From positions 5,880,001-5,912,000 of the forward strand of contig NZ_LN831039.1 of the NCBI RefSeq assembly GCF_001457595.1: 32,000 nucleotides of DNA, read 5' to 3'. The stretch comes from Mycolicibacterium smegmatis. GTDB lineage: Bacteria; Actinomycetota; Actinomycetes; Mycobacteriales; Mycobacteriaceae. Positions 16,485 through 26,411 of this stretch are shown here, piece by piece; the stretch's first letter is position 1, and the number at the start of each line of letters is the position of its first letter. The notes beneath the pieces are model-generated. The model was given only the letters and a program-made list of their open reading frames with translations, was not told the origin of the DNA and did no database searches. Made by a program: the position numbers and the translations under genes.

Positions 16485-18778
16485 CCGAACAGCCTGGGCA
16501 GCACGCCCTCCGACGTGCTCCGCAGCTCGGACAGCGCAACGCTGAACTGGTCCTGGACCTCGACCGAATCGCTTCCCTGATCGACGACGCCGACGCGGGT
16601 GACGGGAAGTCCCCTGGCCTCGCACATCGACCGGAAACGGCTCTCCTCGGTGCGCGGCACCGCCACCAGCACGCGACCCGACGACTCGGAGAACAGGAAG
16701 ACGAAGGGGTCGGCCCCTTCGGGAATGATGATCCGGCACCCGGTTTCACCCGCGAGCGCGGATTCCACGACAGCCTGGATCAGCCCGCCCTCGGACAGGT
16801 CGTGCGCCGCGGAGATCAGGCCGTCGCGCGAGGCCGCGGTGAGCACCTCGGCCAGCAGCTTCTCGCGGTCCAGGTCCACCTTGGGCGGTACGCCACCGAG
16901 GTGGTCGGCGGTGACCTGCGCCCAGATGGACCCGTCGAACTCGTCGTGGGTGTCGCCGAGCAGCAGCAGCGTCTCGCCGGGTTCGGTGCCCAGCCCCGTG
17001 GGGATCCGGCGCTTCACGTCGTCGATCACACCGAGCACGCCGACCACGGGGGTCGGCAGGATCGGGGTGCTGCCGGTCTGGTTGTAGAAGCTGACGTTGC
17101 CGCCGGTGACCGGGATGCCAAGCGCGGCACAGCCGTCGGCCAGCCCGCGCACGGCCTGGCTGAACTGCCACATCACACCGGGATCCTCGGGCGAGCCGAA
17201 GTTGAGGCAGTTGGTCACCGCGACCGGGGTGGCGCCGGTGACCGCGACGTTGCGGTAGGCCTCGGCCAGCGCAAGCTGGGCGCCGGTGTACGGGTCGAGC
17301 TGCGTGTAGCGACCCGACGCGTCGGTGGACACCGCGATACCGCGGCCCGTGTTCTCGTCGATGCGCAGCACACCGCCGTCGGCGTGTTCGGCCAGCACGG
17401 TGTTGCCGCGCACGTAGCGGTCGTACTGCTCGGTGATGAACGCGCGGCTGCACAGGTGCGGGCTGCCCAGCAGCGTGAGCAGCGTCTCCTTGAGTTCGTC
17501 GCCGGTGGAGGGGCGCGGCAGCTTCGCCGAGGTGTCGGCGATCAGCGCGTCCTGGCTCTCGGGCCGCTCGACCGGCCGCTCGTACACCGGGCCCTCGTGC
17601 GCCACGGTGCGCGGCGGCACGTCGACGACGGTCTCGCCGTGCCACGTGATCTGCAAGTGGTCGCCGTCGGTGACCTCGCCGATGACGGTGGCCAGCACCT
17701 CCCACTTGCGGCACACCGCGAGGAACGCGTCGACGTTCTCCGGCGTCACCACCGCGCACATACGTTCCTGGGACTCGCTCGACAGCACCTCGGCCGGGGT
17801 CATGTTGGCCGCGCGCAGCGGCACCTTGTCCAGCTCGATGTGCATGCCGCCGTCACCGGCGGATGCGAGTTCCGAGGTGGCACAGGACAATCCGGCGCCG
17901 CCGAGGTCCTGGATGCCCACCACCAGGCCGGCCGAGTACAGCTCGAGGCAGCACTCGATGAGCACCTTCTCCATGAAGGGGTCGCCGACCTGCACCGAGG
18001 GCAGCTTCTTGCGGCCGGGGCCGGAACCCTCGTCGCCGCCGAAGGTCTCCGACGCCAGCACCGACACACCGCCGATGCCGTCGAGACCCGTGCGCGCACC
18101 GAACAGGATGATCTTGTTACCGGTTCCGGACGCGAACGCCAGATGCAGGTCCTCCTTGCGCAGCGCGCCCACGCACAGCGCGTTGACCAGGGGGTTGCCC
18201 GCGTACGACGCGTCGAACACGGTCTCGCCACCGATGTTCGGCAGGCCCAGGGAGTTGCCGTAGCCGCCGACACCGCGCACCACGCCGTCGAGCACACGCC
18301 GGGTGTCGGGGGCGTCGGCCGGACCGAACCGCAGCTGGTCCATCACCGCGACCGGTCGGGCGCCCATCGCCATGATGTCGCGGACGATGCCGCCGACGCC
18401 GGTGGCCGCACCCTGGTAGGGCTCGACGTAGGACGGGTGGTTGTGCGATTCGACCTTGAAGGTGACGGCCCAGCCGTCGCCGATGTCGACGACGCCTGCG
18501 TTCTCGCCGATACCGGCGAGCATGCCCGCGCGCATCTTCTCGGTGGTGGTCTCCCCGAAGTAGCGCAGGTGCACCTTGGAGGACTTGTAGGAGCAGTGCT
18601 CACTCCACATCACCGAGTACATCGCGAGTTCCGCATCGGTGGGGCGCCTGCCCAGGATGTCGCGAATCCGCTGGTACTCGTCGTCCTTGAGACCGAGTTC
18701 GCGGTAGGGCTGGGGCTGATCGGGGGTGGCGGCTGCCCGCTCAACGGTATCTGTCTGGTGAGTGAGCTCCGACGTCAC
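16481..18778 (-). CDS. purL: phosphoribosylformylglycinamidine synthase subunit PurL
   Basis: 765 aa with unambiguous PurL homology ([28 protein letters not shown]). Confidence 0.97.
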   Translation of the reverse strand: MTSELTHQTDTVERAAATPDQPQPYRELGLKDDEYQRIRDILGRRPTDAELAMYSVMWSEHCSYKSSKVHLRYFGETTTEKMRAGMLAGIGENAGVVDIGDGWAVTFKVESHNHPSYVEPYQGAATGVGGIVRDIMAMGARPVAVMDQLRFGPADAPDTRRVLDGVVRGVGGYGNSLGLPNIGGETVFDASYAGNPLVNALCVGALRKEDLHLAFASGTGNKIILFGARTGLDGIGGVSVLASETFGGDEGSGPGRKKLPSVQVGDPFMEKVLIECCLELYSAGLVVGIQDLGGAGLSCATSELASAGDGGMHIELDKVPLRAANMTPAEVLSSESQERMCAVVTPENVDAFLAVCRKWEVLATVIGEVTDGDHLQITWHGETVVDVPPRTVAHEGPVYERPVERPESQDALIADTSAKLPRPSTGDELKETLLTLLGSPHLCSRAFITEQYDRYVRGNTVLAEHADGGVLRIDENTGRGIAVSTDASGRYTQLDPYTGAQLALAEAYRNVAVTGATPVAVTNCLNFGSPEDPGVMWQFSQAVRGLADGCAALGIPVTGGNVSFYNQTGSTPILPTPVVGVLGVIDDVKRRIPTGLGTEPGETLLLLGDTHDEFDGSIWAQVTADHLGGVPPKVDLDREKLLAEVLTAASRDGLISAAHDLSEGGLIQAVVESALAGETGCRIIIPEGADPFVFLFSESSGRVLVAVPRTEESRFRSMCEARGLPVTRVGVVDQGSDSVEVQDQFSVALSELRSTSEGVLPRLFG

Positions 18779-19983
18779 GAGGACAGTTTAGTTTGTTGCC
18801 TCTGGTAGGCGCGGGCAGCCGCAGGTGCGCCGACGCCGTGCAGCACGACGCTGCCCAGAACCGACACCACCAGAACCATCGCGACCGTGCTCTCCGCCAC
18901 ACCGTCGAGCGCGTTGAACGCCAGCAGACCGAACACGATCGACGTGGTGCCGCGGGGCCCGAGCCAGCCCAGCAGCAGGCGTTCGGGCCAGCTCACGGGC
19001 GAGAAGAGAAGCGCCAGCAGCACCGGGACGATGCGCACGACGGTCAGCGCGAGCAGGCAGAACGCCACCAGCCCGAGCGGCACGCCGGAGCCGAGTGCGA
19101 GCACCGCGGTCAACCCGAACACGAACCACATGAGCGCCGTCATGAGGAAGCCCACATCGTCGACGAGCTCGAGTTCGGTGTGGAACTGCTCCGAACGGCG
19201 GAAGTAGTTGAACGCGATGCCGCACACGAACGCCGCGACGAAGCCGTTTCCGCCGATCGCGAGGCTCGCGCCGAACGACAGCAGCGGCGCGGCCACCAGG
19301 ATCATGCGCTTGGCCTGCGCGGTCATGAAGTCGCGTCGCTCGGCGGCGTTGGCGGCCAGCGCCAGACCCGCGCCGACCACGACGCCCGCGATCAGGGCCT
19401 TGACGGCCTCGGGCACCGCGGCGCCGAGCGCCTCCATGGGCGTCGACGCGTGCTCGCTGTCAGCAGCCAGCACCAGCGCGAAGATGAACACCGGCGACAC
19501 GATGCCGTCGTTGTAGCCGGCCTCCACGTTGAGCAGTCCGCGCACGCGTTCGGGGATCCGCGTGTCGCGCAGCAGCGCCGAGTTGGGTGCGAAGTCGATC
19601 GGCACCACGATGCACGCGACGGCCAGCAGCACCGCCCACGGCAGCCCGGGCAGCAACCAAAGCCCCAGCAGCACCGACAGCGCCAGCCCCACCGGCATCG
19701 CGATGAACAGCATCCGCAACGCCGCCTTGGGTTGGGCGCCGAGGAAGCCGCCTCGGACGTCGGTCGCGTCGACGAACAGCAGCACCGCCAGGATGAGTTC
19801 GGCGATATGTTCGGCGCTGTCGGTGTTCAGCGTGACGCCGAGGTGGTCCTTCATCGTGAAACTGATGGCCATGCCGGTGAGCACCAGCACCATCGGCGCC
19901 GTGAGCCGCAGGCGCTGCATCTCGCGCGACAGCAGGGACCACACGGCGAGCACCACGGAGATCGCGATCAGCGACAGCAACAC
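18775..19983 (-). CDS. cation:proton antiporter (Na+/H+ exchanger, CPA1-like)
   Basis: 402 aa, highly hydrophobic with 10-12 helices and exchanger-like motifs ([14 protein letters not shown]). The stop overlaps the purL GTG (GTGA). Confidence 0.8.
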   Translation of the reverse strand: MLLSLIAISVVLAVWSLLSREMQRLRLTAPMVLVLTGMAISFTMKDHLGVTLNTDSAEHIAELILAVLLFVDATDVRGGFLGAQPKAALRMLFIAMPVGLALSVLLGLWLLPGLPWAVLLAVACIVVPIDFAPNSALLRDTRIPERVRGLLNVEAGYNDGIVSPVFIFALVLAADSEHASTPMEALGAAVPEAVKALIAGVVVGAGLALAANAAERRDFMTAQAKRMILVAAPLLSFGASLAIGGNGFVAAFVCGIAFNYFRRSEQFHTELELVDDVGFLMTALMWFVFGLTAVLALGSGVPLGLVAFCLLALTVVRIVPVLLALLFSPVSWPERLLLGWLGPRGTTSIVFGLLAFNALDGVAESTVAMVLVVSVLGSVVLHGVGAPAAARAYQRQQTKLSS

Positions 19984-19989
19984 GAGGAA

Positions 19990-19995
19990 ATCATT
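19990..19995 (-). promoter_or_regulatory. -10-like AATGAT with upstream TG, 6 nt before the antiporter GTG (leaderless-type)
   Basis: Minus strand reads TGCAATGATttcctcGTG. Same 6-nt geometry as at ygfZ, mce and dyp. Confidence 0.3.
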
Positions 19996-20044
19996 GCAGC
20001 CGTCGCACAGGTTTCCCCGGTGGCGACGCGGGTACCACCGCCAG

Positions 20045-21835
20045 ATGAGTCAGACAGTCGCCGAATATGTTCTCCAACGTCTCCGCGAGTGGAATGTGGA
20101 GCAGGTGTTCGGCTATCCGGGTGACGGCATCAACGGGCTGATCGCAGCGTTCGGCAAGGACGAGTCAGCGGGTCCGCGCTTCGTGCAGACCCGGCACGAG
20201 GAGATGGCCGCGCTCGCCGCGACGGGCTACGCCAAGTTCTCCGGCAACGTCGGCGTGTGCATCGCGACGTCGGGTCCGGGTGCCATCCATCTGCTCAACG
20301 GCCTCTACGACGCCAAGCTCGACCACACCCCGGTCGTGGCGATCGTCGGCCAGACGGCCCGCAGCGCGATGGGCGGCAGCTATCAGCAGGAAGTGGATCT
20401 GCAGGCGCTGTTCTCGGATGTCGCCAGCGACTACCTGGTGGAGGTCAACGTCGCGGGTCAGCTGCCCAACGCGCTCGACCGCGCGTTCCGGACCGCGCGC
20501 GCACGCCGCGCGCCCACCGCGGTGGTGATCCCCTCGGATCTGCAGGAGCAGCCGTACGAGCCGCCCGGACACGCGTTCAAGCAGGTGCCGTCGAGCGCGC
20601 CGCACGACGCCGAACCGGTGCTCTCACCGGATCCCGCGGCGCTGCAGGACGCCGCCGACGTGCTCAACGCGGGCTCGAAGGTCGCGATCCTCATCGGGCA
20701 GGGCGCCCGCGGAGCCGCCGACGAGGTCACGCAGGTGACCGATCTGCTCGGCGCGGGTGTCGCCAAGGCGCTGCTGGGCAAGGACGTGCTGCCCGACGAC
20801 CTGCCGTACGTCACGGGTTCGATCGGTCTGTTGGGCACACGGCCGAGCTATGAGCTGATGCGCGACTGCGACACGCTGCTGATCGTCGGCACCAACTTCC
20901 CCTACAGCCAGTTCCTGCCGGACTACGGGCAGGCCCGCGCGGTGCAGATCGACATCGACGGCGCCAACATCGGGATGCGCTACCCCACCGAGGTCAACAT
21001 CGTCGCGGACGCGAAAACCGCTCTCGCGCAACTGGTCCCGCTGCTCGAACGCAAGGACGACCGGTCCTGGCAGCAGTCCCTCGAGAAGGGGGTCGCGCAG
21101 TGGTGGGAGACCGTCGAGCGTCAGTCGATGCTCAAGGCCGATCCGGTCAACCCGATGCGGGTGGTCTGGGAACTGTCGTCGCGGCTGCCCGAATACGCCA
21201 TGGTCGCGGGCGATTCGGGTTCGTCGACCAACTGGTACGCGCGGTGCCTGAAGTTCACGTCCACCACCCGTGGTTCCCTGTCGGGCACGTTGGCGACGAT
21301 GGGGTCGGCCGTGCCGTACGCGATCGGCGCGAAGTTCGCGCAACCCGACCGCCCGGTGATCGCGTTGGTGGGCGACGGTGCGATGCAGATGAACGGCCTC
21401 GCCGAACTGCTCACCATCCGCCGGTACGCGCACCTGTGGGCCGATCCGCGAATGGTGATCTGCGTGTTCCACAACAACGACCTCGCGCATGTCACGTGGG
21501 AACTGCGCGCGATGGGTGGTGCCCCCAAGTTCGAGGGCTCGCAGAGCCTGCCCGAGGTGTCCTATGCCGACGTGGCACGCGTGATGGGGCTGCGGTGCAT
21601 CACGGTCGACGATCCCGAGCAGATCGGCGCGGCGTGGGACGACGCTCTGTCGGCCGACGAGCCCGTGTTGCTCGACGTCCACACCGACCCCGAGGTGCCG
21701 CCCATCCCGCCGCACGTCACCTACGAGCAGATGAAGGCCACCGCGCAGGCGTTCGTGAAGGACCCCAACGGGTGGCACCTGTTCGCCGAGATCGCGAAGA
21801 ACAAAGCGGCCGAACTGCTTCCGAACCGGCGGTAG
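20045..21835 (+). CDS. thiamine-pyrophosphate enzyme, pyruvate oxidase / pyruvate:quinone oxidoreductase-like (PoxB/Pqo family)
   Basis: 596 aa from MSQTVAEYVLQRLREWNVEQVFGYPGDGINGL. TPP motif GDGAMQMNG...NND. The track ORF is trimmed to Met173. Confidence 0.85.
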   Translation: MSQTVAEYVLQRLREWNVEQVFGYPGDGINGLIAAFGKDESAGPRFVQTRHEEMAALAATGYAKFSGNVGVCIATSGPGAIHLLNGLYDAKLDHTPVVAIVGQTARSAMGGSYQQEVDLQALFSDVASDYLVEVNVAGQLPNALDRAFRTARARRAPTAVVIPSDLQEQPYEPPGHAFKQVPSSAPHDAEPVLSPDPAALQDAADVLNAGSKVAILIGQGARGAADEVTQVTDLLGAGVAKALLGKDVLPDDLPYVTGSIGLLGTRPSYELMRDCDTLLIVGTNFPYSQFLPDYGQARAVQIDIDGANIGMRYPTEVNIVADAKTALAQLVPLLERKDDRSWQQSLEKGVAQWWETVERQSMLKADPVNPMRVVWELSSRLPEYAMVAGDSGSSTNWYARCLKFTSTTRGSLSGTLATMGSAVPYAIGAKFAQPDRPVIALVGDGAMQMNGLAELLTIRRYAHLWADPRMVICVFHNNDLAHVTWELRAMGGAPKFEGSQSLPEVSYADVARVMGLRCITVDDPEQIGAAWDDALSADEPVLLDVHTDPEVPPIPPHVTYEQMKATAQAFVKDPNGWHLFAEIAKNKAAELLPNRR

Positions 21836-21845
21836 TCCTACCCGA

Positions 21846-22196
21846 CTAGTCGCCGCCCCCGATGCAGAACGCGTTGCCCTCGGGATCGGCCAGCACGACC
21901 CAGCTGAACTCCGGCCCGTAGCTGTGCCGTCCGGTCTCCTCCGCGCCCAGCCCCACGAGCCGGGCCACCTCGGCCTCGACATCCGCGGCCGACAGGTCGA
22001 GGTGCAGGCGATTCTTGCCCGGCGTCGGATCGGGCACCTTCTGGAAGCCCAGGCGCACGCCCTCGGGGCGCACGAGCACCGAGAACTCGCCCGGCGCCAG
22101 CACGTTCACGTCACCGCCGACGGCCTGCGACCACCACTGCGCGAGCGCATCGGGATCGGCACAGTCCACGGTCACCATTTCCACGGAGAGTCCCAT
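21846..22196 (-). CDS. VOC-family (glyoxalase/bleomycin-resistance fold) protein
   Basis: 116 aa. Typical small VOC pattern (VDCADPDALAQWW...LHLDL...DPEGNAFCI). Confidence 0.8.
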   Translation of the reverse strand: MGLSVEMVTVDCADPDALAQWWSQAVGGDVNVLAPGEFSVLVRPEGVRLGFQKVPDPTPGKNRLHLDLSAADVEAEVARLVGLGAEETGRHSYGPEFSWVVLADPEGNAFCIGGGD

Positions 22197-22211
22197 GCCG
22201 GTGACCCTAGA

Positions 22212-23477
22212 TCACGCCGGTGACAAGAACGCCTGCAGCGCCGCCGAGTACGCCGCGACGTCATGCGCGCCCATGAACTCGCGCGCCGAGTGCATCGCGA
22301 GTTGCGCCGCGCCGACGTCGACCGTGGGGATTCCGGTGCGCGCGGCGGTCATCGGCCCGATCGTCGACCCGCACGGCAGATCGGCGCGGTGCTCATAACG
22401 CTGCAGCGGCACGCCGGCCTGATCGCATGCGAGCGCGAACGCGGCCGCGGTGCGCCCGTCGGTCGCGTAGCGCAGGTTGGGCTGCACCTTCAGCACGGGC
22501 CCGGCGTTGACCTCGATGAGGTGGCCGGGTTCGTGGCGCTCCGGGTAGTTGGGGTGTGTCGCGTGCGCCATGTCGCCCGAGGCGACCATCGAACCGGCCA
22601 CGCGGCGCAGGAAGTCCTCGCGGCTCTGTCCGGCGGCGAGCGCGATGCGCTCAAGCACAGTGGGCAACAGTTCGGACTGCGCACCGTGATCGGACTGCGA
22701 GCCGACCTCCTCGTGGTCGAACAGCGCCAGCACGGGTAGGTACCCGGACTCTTCTGCGGCGAGGAACGCCTCCAGCCCCGCGTAGCACGTGGCCTGGTTG
22801 TCGAGCCGCGGTGCGCTGACGAACTCCCCGGCCGCGCCGGTGACCGCCGAGGGCGCGAGGTCGTGGGTCATCAGGTCGAAGCCGAGTACGTCGGCGGCGT
22901 CGACACCGGCGCGGTCGGCGACGAACTCGATGAACACACCGGGCCGCTCCCCCAGGCCCCACACACCGTTGAGGTGTCGCTGCGGATCCGGGCTGACCCC
23001 CTTGCGGTCATCGGACAGATGGATGGCCAGCTGCGGCACCCGCAGAATCGGATCGTCTATCCGCACCAGGTGGTGCGCGATGCCGTCGTCCGCGCTCTCG
23101 TCGCGCAGCGTCAGCCTGCCGCTGATCCCGAGGTCGCGGTCCAGCCACGAGTTCAGCCAGGCCCCGCCGTAGGGCTGCAGCGCGACCACCTGCCAGCCTG
23201 CGACCATGCGGTCGGGACGCTGCTTGACCCGCAGGTTGGGGCTGTCGGTGTGACCTCCGACGATGCGGAACGGTGCGCCGGTGTCTTCGACGGTCCGCCA
23301 GGCCACCAGCGATCCGGCCCGCACGGTGAAGAACCTGCCCGACGCGGGCCATGCGTCCGTTTCGGCAAGCTCGGTGTAGCCCGCGTCGCGCAGCCGCGCG
23401 GCCGCGGTGGCGCACACATGGAACGGCGACGGCGACGCGTCGATGAACTCACACAAGCTGTGGGGGCTGGCTGGCAT
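22212..23477 (-). CDS. pepC: M18-family aspartyl aminopeptidase
   Basis: 421 aa with M18 features ([30 protein letters not shown]). Corresponds to Rv0800 by synteny, from memory. Confidence 0.9.
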   Translation of the reverse strand: MPASPHSLCEFIDASPSPFHVCATAAARLRDAGYTELAETDAWPASGRFFTVRAGSLVAWRTVEDTGAPFRIVGGHTDSPNLRVKQRPDRMVAGWQVVALQPYGGAWLNSWLDRDLGISGRLTLRDESADDGIAHHLVRIDDPILRVPQLAIHLSDDRKGVSPDPQRHLNGVWGLGERPGVFIEFVADRAGVDAADVLGFDLMTHDLAPSAVTGAAGEFVSAPRLDNQATCYAGLEAFLAAEESGYLPVLALFDHEEVGSQSDHGAQSELLPTVLERIALAAGQSREDFLRRVAGSMVASGDMAHATHPNYPERHEPGHLIEVNAGPVLKVQPNLRYATDGRTAAAFALACDQAGVPLQRYEHRADLPCGSTIGPMTAARTGIPTVDVGAAQLAMHSAREFMGAHDVAAYSAALQAFLSPA

Positions 23478-23514
23478 ATCTCTATCTTGGCCGTGATTTC
23501 CCGCCGCGCCGCGT

Positions 23515-23520
23515 TAGGGT
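23515..23520 (+). promoter_or_regulatory. -10 box TAGGGT, 6 nt upstream of the DyP GTG (leaderless-type)
   Basis: TANNNT hexamer, then ccattt, then GTG at 23527. No SD sequence. Confidence 0.35.
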
Positions 23521-23526
23521 CCATTT

Positions 23527-24558
23527 GTGCCCGCACCACAGCCTCAGCCGGTTCTCGCCCCACTGACCCCGGCTGCCGTCTTCCTGGTTGCGACCATCGA
23601 CCAAGGCCAGGAGGCGACAGTCCACGACGCGCTGCCCGACATCTCGGGTCTGGTCCGCGCCATCGGCTTCCGTGACCCCGCCAAGCGACTCTCGGCGATC
23701 ACCTCGATCGGATCCGATGCATGGGACCGGTTGTTCAGCGGCCCACGCCCGGCCGAACTGCATCCGTTCCGCGAGATCGACGGTGGACGCCACCACGCGC
23801 CCGCGACGCCGGGCGATCTGCTGTTCCACCTGCGCGCCGAGTCCATGGACGTGTGTTTCGAACTGGCGACCAAGCTCGTCGAGGCCATGTCCGGGGCGAT
23901 CACGATCGTCGACGAGACGCACGGATTCAAGTTCTTCGACAACCGTGACCTCATGGGGTTCGTCGACGGCACCGAGAACCCGGACGGCAACCTCGCGGTC
24001 GTCGCGACCCAGATCGGCGACGAGGACCCGGATTTCGCCGGCGGCTGCTACGTGCACGTGCAGAAGTACCTGCACGACATGGCTTCCTGGAACTCGCTGT
24101 CCGTCGAGGAGCAGGAACGCGTGATCGGCCGCACCAAGCTCGACGACATCGAGTTGGACGACGACGTCAAACCCGCCAATTCGCATGTGGCGCTCAACGT
24201 CATCGAGGACGAGGACGGCAACGAGCTCAAGATCATCCGGCACAACATGCCGTTCGGCGAGATCGGCAAGGGCGAGTTCGGTACGTACTACATCGGTTAC
24301 TCGCGCACACCCAGCGTCACCGAGCGCATGCTCGACAACATGTTCATCGGTGATCCGCCGGGCAACACCGACCGCATCCTGGATTTCTCCACCGCCATCA
24401 CCGGCGGGCTGTTCTTCACCCCCACCGTCGACTTCCTCGACGACCCACCACCTCTTCCGTCGGAGGACGACCGTGCCGAACCGGCTTCGGCGCCTTCGGC
24501 CGACCCGGTCCACACCGACGGCTCACTCGGAATCGGCAGCCTGAAAGGAACCCGCTGA
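23527..24558 (+). CDS. DyP-type haem peroxidase carrying a C-terminal encapsulin cargo-loading peptide
   Basis: 343 aa with a DyP core (FVDGTENP, HNMPFG). A Pro/Ala/Ser-rich linker is followed by the terminal DGSLGIGSLKGTR, which matches the family-1 targeting-peptide consensus. Confidence 0.92.
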   Translation: MPAPQPQPVLAPLTPAAVFLVATIDQGQEATVHDALPDISGLVRAIGFRDPAKRLSAITSIGSDAWDRLFSGPRPAELHPFREIDGGRHHAPATPGDLLFHLRAESMDVCFELATKLVEAMSGAITIVDETHGFKFFDNRDLMGFVDGTENPDGNLAVVATQIGDEDPDFAGGCYVHVQKYLHDMASWNSLSVEEQERVIGRTKLDDIELDDDVKPANSHVALNVIEDEDGNELKIIRHNMPFGEIGKGEFGTYYIGYSRTPSVTERMLDNMFIGDPPGNTDRILDFSTAITGGLFFTPTVDFLDDPPPLPSEDDRAEPASAPSADPVHTDGSLGIGSLKGTR

Positions 24559-25355
24559 TGAACAACCTCTATCGCGACCTCGCCCCGATCACCGAATCCG
24601 CTTGGGCCGAGATCGAACTGGAGGCGACCCGCACGTTCAAGCGTCACATCGCCGGACGCCGGGTGGTCGACGTCAGCGGGCCCAACGGTCCGACGACCGC
24701 GAGCGTCAGCACGGGTCATCTGCTCGACGTGAGCCCGCCCGGCGACGGCGTCATCGCGCATCTTCGCGATGCCAAACCGCTCGTGCGCCTGCGGGTGCCG
24801 TTCACGGTGGCGCGCAGGGACATCGACGACGTCGAGCGCGGCTCGCAGGACTCCGACTGGGATCCGGTCAAGGACGCCGCCAAGAAGCTCGCGTTCGTCG
24901 AGGACCGCGCGATCTTCGAGGGCTATGCCGCCGCGTCGATCGAGGGCATCCGCAGTTCCAGCTCCAACCCCGCGCTCGCACTGCCCGACGACGCCCGCGA
25001 GATCCCCGACGTGATCGCCCAGGCCCTCTCCGAGCTGCGTCTGGCCGGTGTCGACGGGCCCTACTCGGTGCTGCTCTCGGCCGAGACCTACACCAAGGTC
25101 AGCGAGACCACCGCACACGGATATCCGATCCGCGAGCACATCAACCGCCTCGTCGACGGTGAGATCATCTGGGCGCCCGCGATCGACGGTGCGTTCGTGT
25201 TGTCAACGCGCGGCGGTGATTTCGACCTGCAGCTCGGCACCGACGTGTCCATCGGCTACCTGTCCCATGACGCCGAGGTGGTCCACCTCTACATGGAGGA
25301 GACCATGACGTTCCTGTGCTACACCGCTGAGGCCTCTGTCGCGCTGACCCCCTGA
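24558..25355 (+). CDS. family 1 encapsulin shell protein (linocin M18 / Cfp29-like, HK97 fold)
   Basis: 265 aa. The N-terminus MNNLYRDLAPITESAWAEIELEATRTFKRHIAGRRVVDV is nearly identical to what I recall of M. tuberculosis Cfp29. Its ATG shares 1 nt with the DyP TGA (TGATG). Confidence 0.95.
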   Translation: MNNLYRDLAPITESAWAEIELEATRTFKRHIAGRRVVDVSGPNGPTTASVSTGHLLDVSPPGDGVIAHLRDAKPLVRLRVPFTVARRDIDDVERGSQDSDWDPVKDAAKKLAFVEDRAIFEGYAAASIEGIRSSSSNPALALPDDAREIPDVIAQALSELRLAGVDGPYSVLLSAETYTKVSETTAHGYPIREHINRLVDGEIIWAPAIDGAFVLSTRGGDFDLQLGTDVSIGYLSHDAEVVHLYMEETMTFLCYTAEASVALTP

Positions 25356-25380
25356 CCCCGTAGCGGGTCACCCCGCACCG

Positions 25381-25439
25381 CGAGCGTGCGTGTCTGCCGC
25401 CCGGCACACCGCGAATCAGCAGCAGTCGGCGCACGCTCG
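25381..25439. terminator. 10-bp inverted repeat with a nested hairpin between convergent encapsulin and purQ
   Basis: CGAGCGTGCG (25381-25390) pairs with CGCACGCTCG (25430-25439). The loop contains a GTG..TGCC/GGCA..CAC stem. No U-tract. Confidence 0.4.
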
Positions 25440-25490
25440 TGGATGGCGAGAGTGCGCAGAGTGCTCAGCTCGGCGGACTCAGAAGCGAAA

Positions 25491-26165
25491 TCAGACCGAC
25501 AGGATGGCGTCGAGCGCGGAGTAGAACAGGCCCAGTCCGTCGTCGGACGGTCCGGTCAACGCCTCGGTGGCGTGTTCGGGATGCGGCATGAGGCCGACGA
25601 CGCGGCGATTCTCCGAGCAGATGCCCGCGATGTCGCGCATCGACCCGTTGAGGTTCTCGCGATAGCGGAAGACCACGCGGTCCTCGCCCTCGAGTTCGTC
25701 GAGCACGGACTCGGACGCCACGTAGCGCCCCTCGCCGGACTTCAGCGGGATCAGCAGGTCGGCACCGGTCTCGTAGCGCGTGGTCCACGCCGAGGTGTTG
25801 GACGCCACTTCGAGCCACACGTCGCGGCAGACGAAGTGCAGACCCGCGTTGCGGGTCAGCGCGCCGGGCAGCAGGCCGGCCTCGCACAGCACCTGGAAGC
25901 CGTTGCAGATGCCGAGCACGGGCATGCCCTTGTTGGCGGCCTCGACCACCGAGCCCATCACGGGCGCGAACTTCGCGATGGCGCCGCACCGCAGGTAGTC
26001 CCCGTAGGAGAAACCGCCGGGCACCACGACCGCGTCGACGCCGTGCAGATCCGCGTCGGCGTGCCACAGGCTCACGGCCTCAGCACCCGCCAGACGGACC
26101 GCGCGGGCCGCGTCGATGTCGTCCAGCGTGCCGGGGAACGTGATCACGCCCACACGAGTGGTCAT
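25491..26165 (-). CDS. purQ: phosphoribosylformylglycinamidine synthase glutaminase subunit PurQ
   Basis: 224 aa. Catalytic GICNGFQ and MPHPEHA motifs. 4-nt overlap with purS. Confidence 0.95.
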   Translation of the reverse strand: MTTRVGVITFPGTLDDIDAARAVRLAGAEAVSLWHADADLHGVDAVVVPGGFSYGDYLRCGAIAKFAPVMGSVVEAANKGMPVLGICNGFQVLCEAGLLPGALTRNAGLHFVCRDVWLEVASNTSAWTTRYETGADLLIPLKSGEGRYVASESVLDELEGEDRVVFRYRENLNGSMRDIAGICSENRRVVGLMPHPEHATEALTGPSDDGLGLFYSALDAILSV

Positions 26166-26401
26166 GCGTCCTCCCGGCTCACAGTGAAGTCCTCGATGAC
26201 GGTGTTCGCCAGGAGCGATTCCGCGATCTCGTTGAGGGTTTCGTCGGTCACGGAATCATCGACCTCAAGCTCAAAACGCTTGCCCTGCCGAACGTCTGAT
26301 ATGCCTTTGTGCCCGAGTCGGCCAAGCGCTCCCACGATGGCCTGACCTTGCGGGTCGAGGATCTCAGCCTTGGGCATGACGTGCACAACCACCTTTGCCA
26401 C
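26162..26401 (-). CDS. purS: phosphoribosylformylglycinamidine synthase subunit PurS
   Basis: 79 aa from GTG ([22 protein letters not shown]...). GTG 26410 is an alternative start. The track ORF is trimmed at Val14. Confidence 0.9.
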   Translation of the reverse strand: MAKVVVHVMPKAEILDPQGQAIVGALGRLGHKGISDVRQGKRFELEVDDSVTDETLNEIAESLLANTVIEDFTVSREDA

Positions 26402-26411
26402 GGCGTTCACT

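Noticed and set aside
23527-25355. Treating the encapsulin/DyP pair as a previously undescribed system.
   Set aside because: The shell N-terminus and the cargo tail match the well-characterised family-1 mycobacterial encapsulin (Cfp29) and its DyP cargo. It is reported as the most notable system but not as novel.
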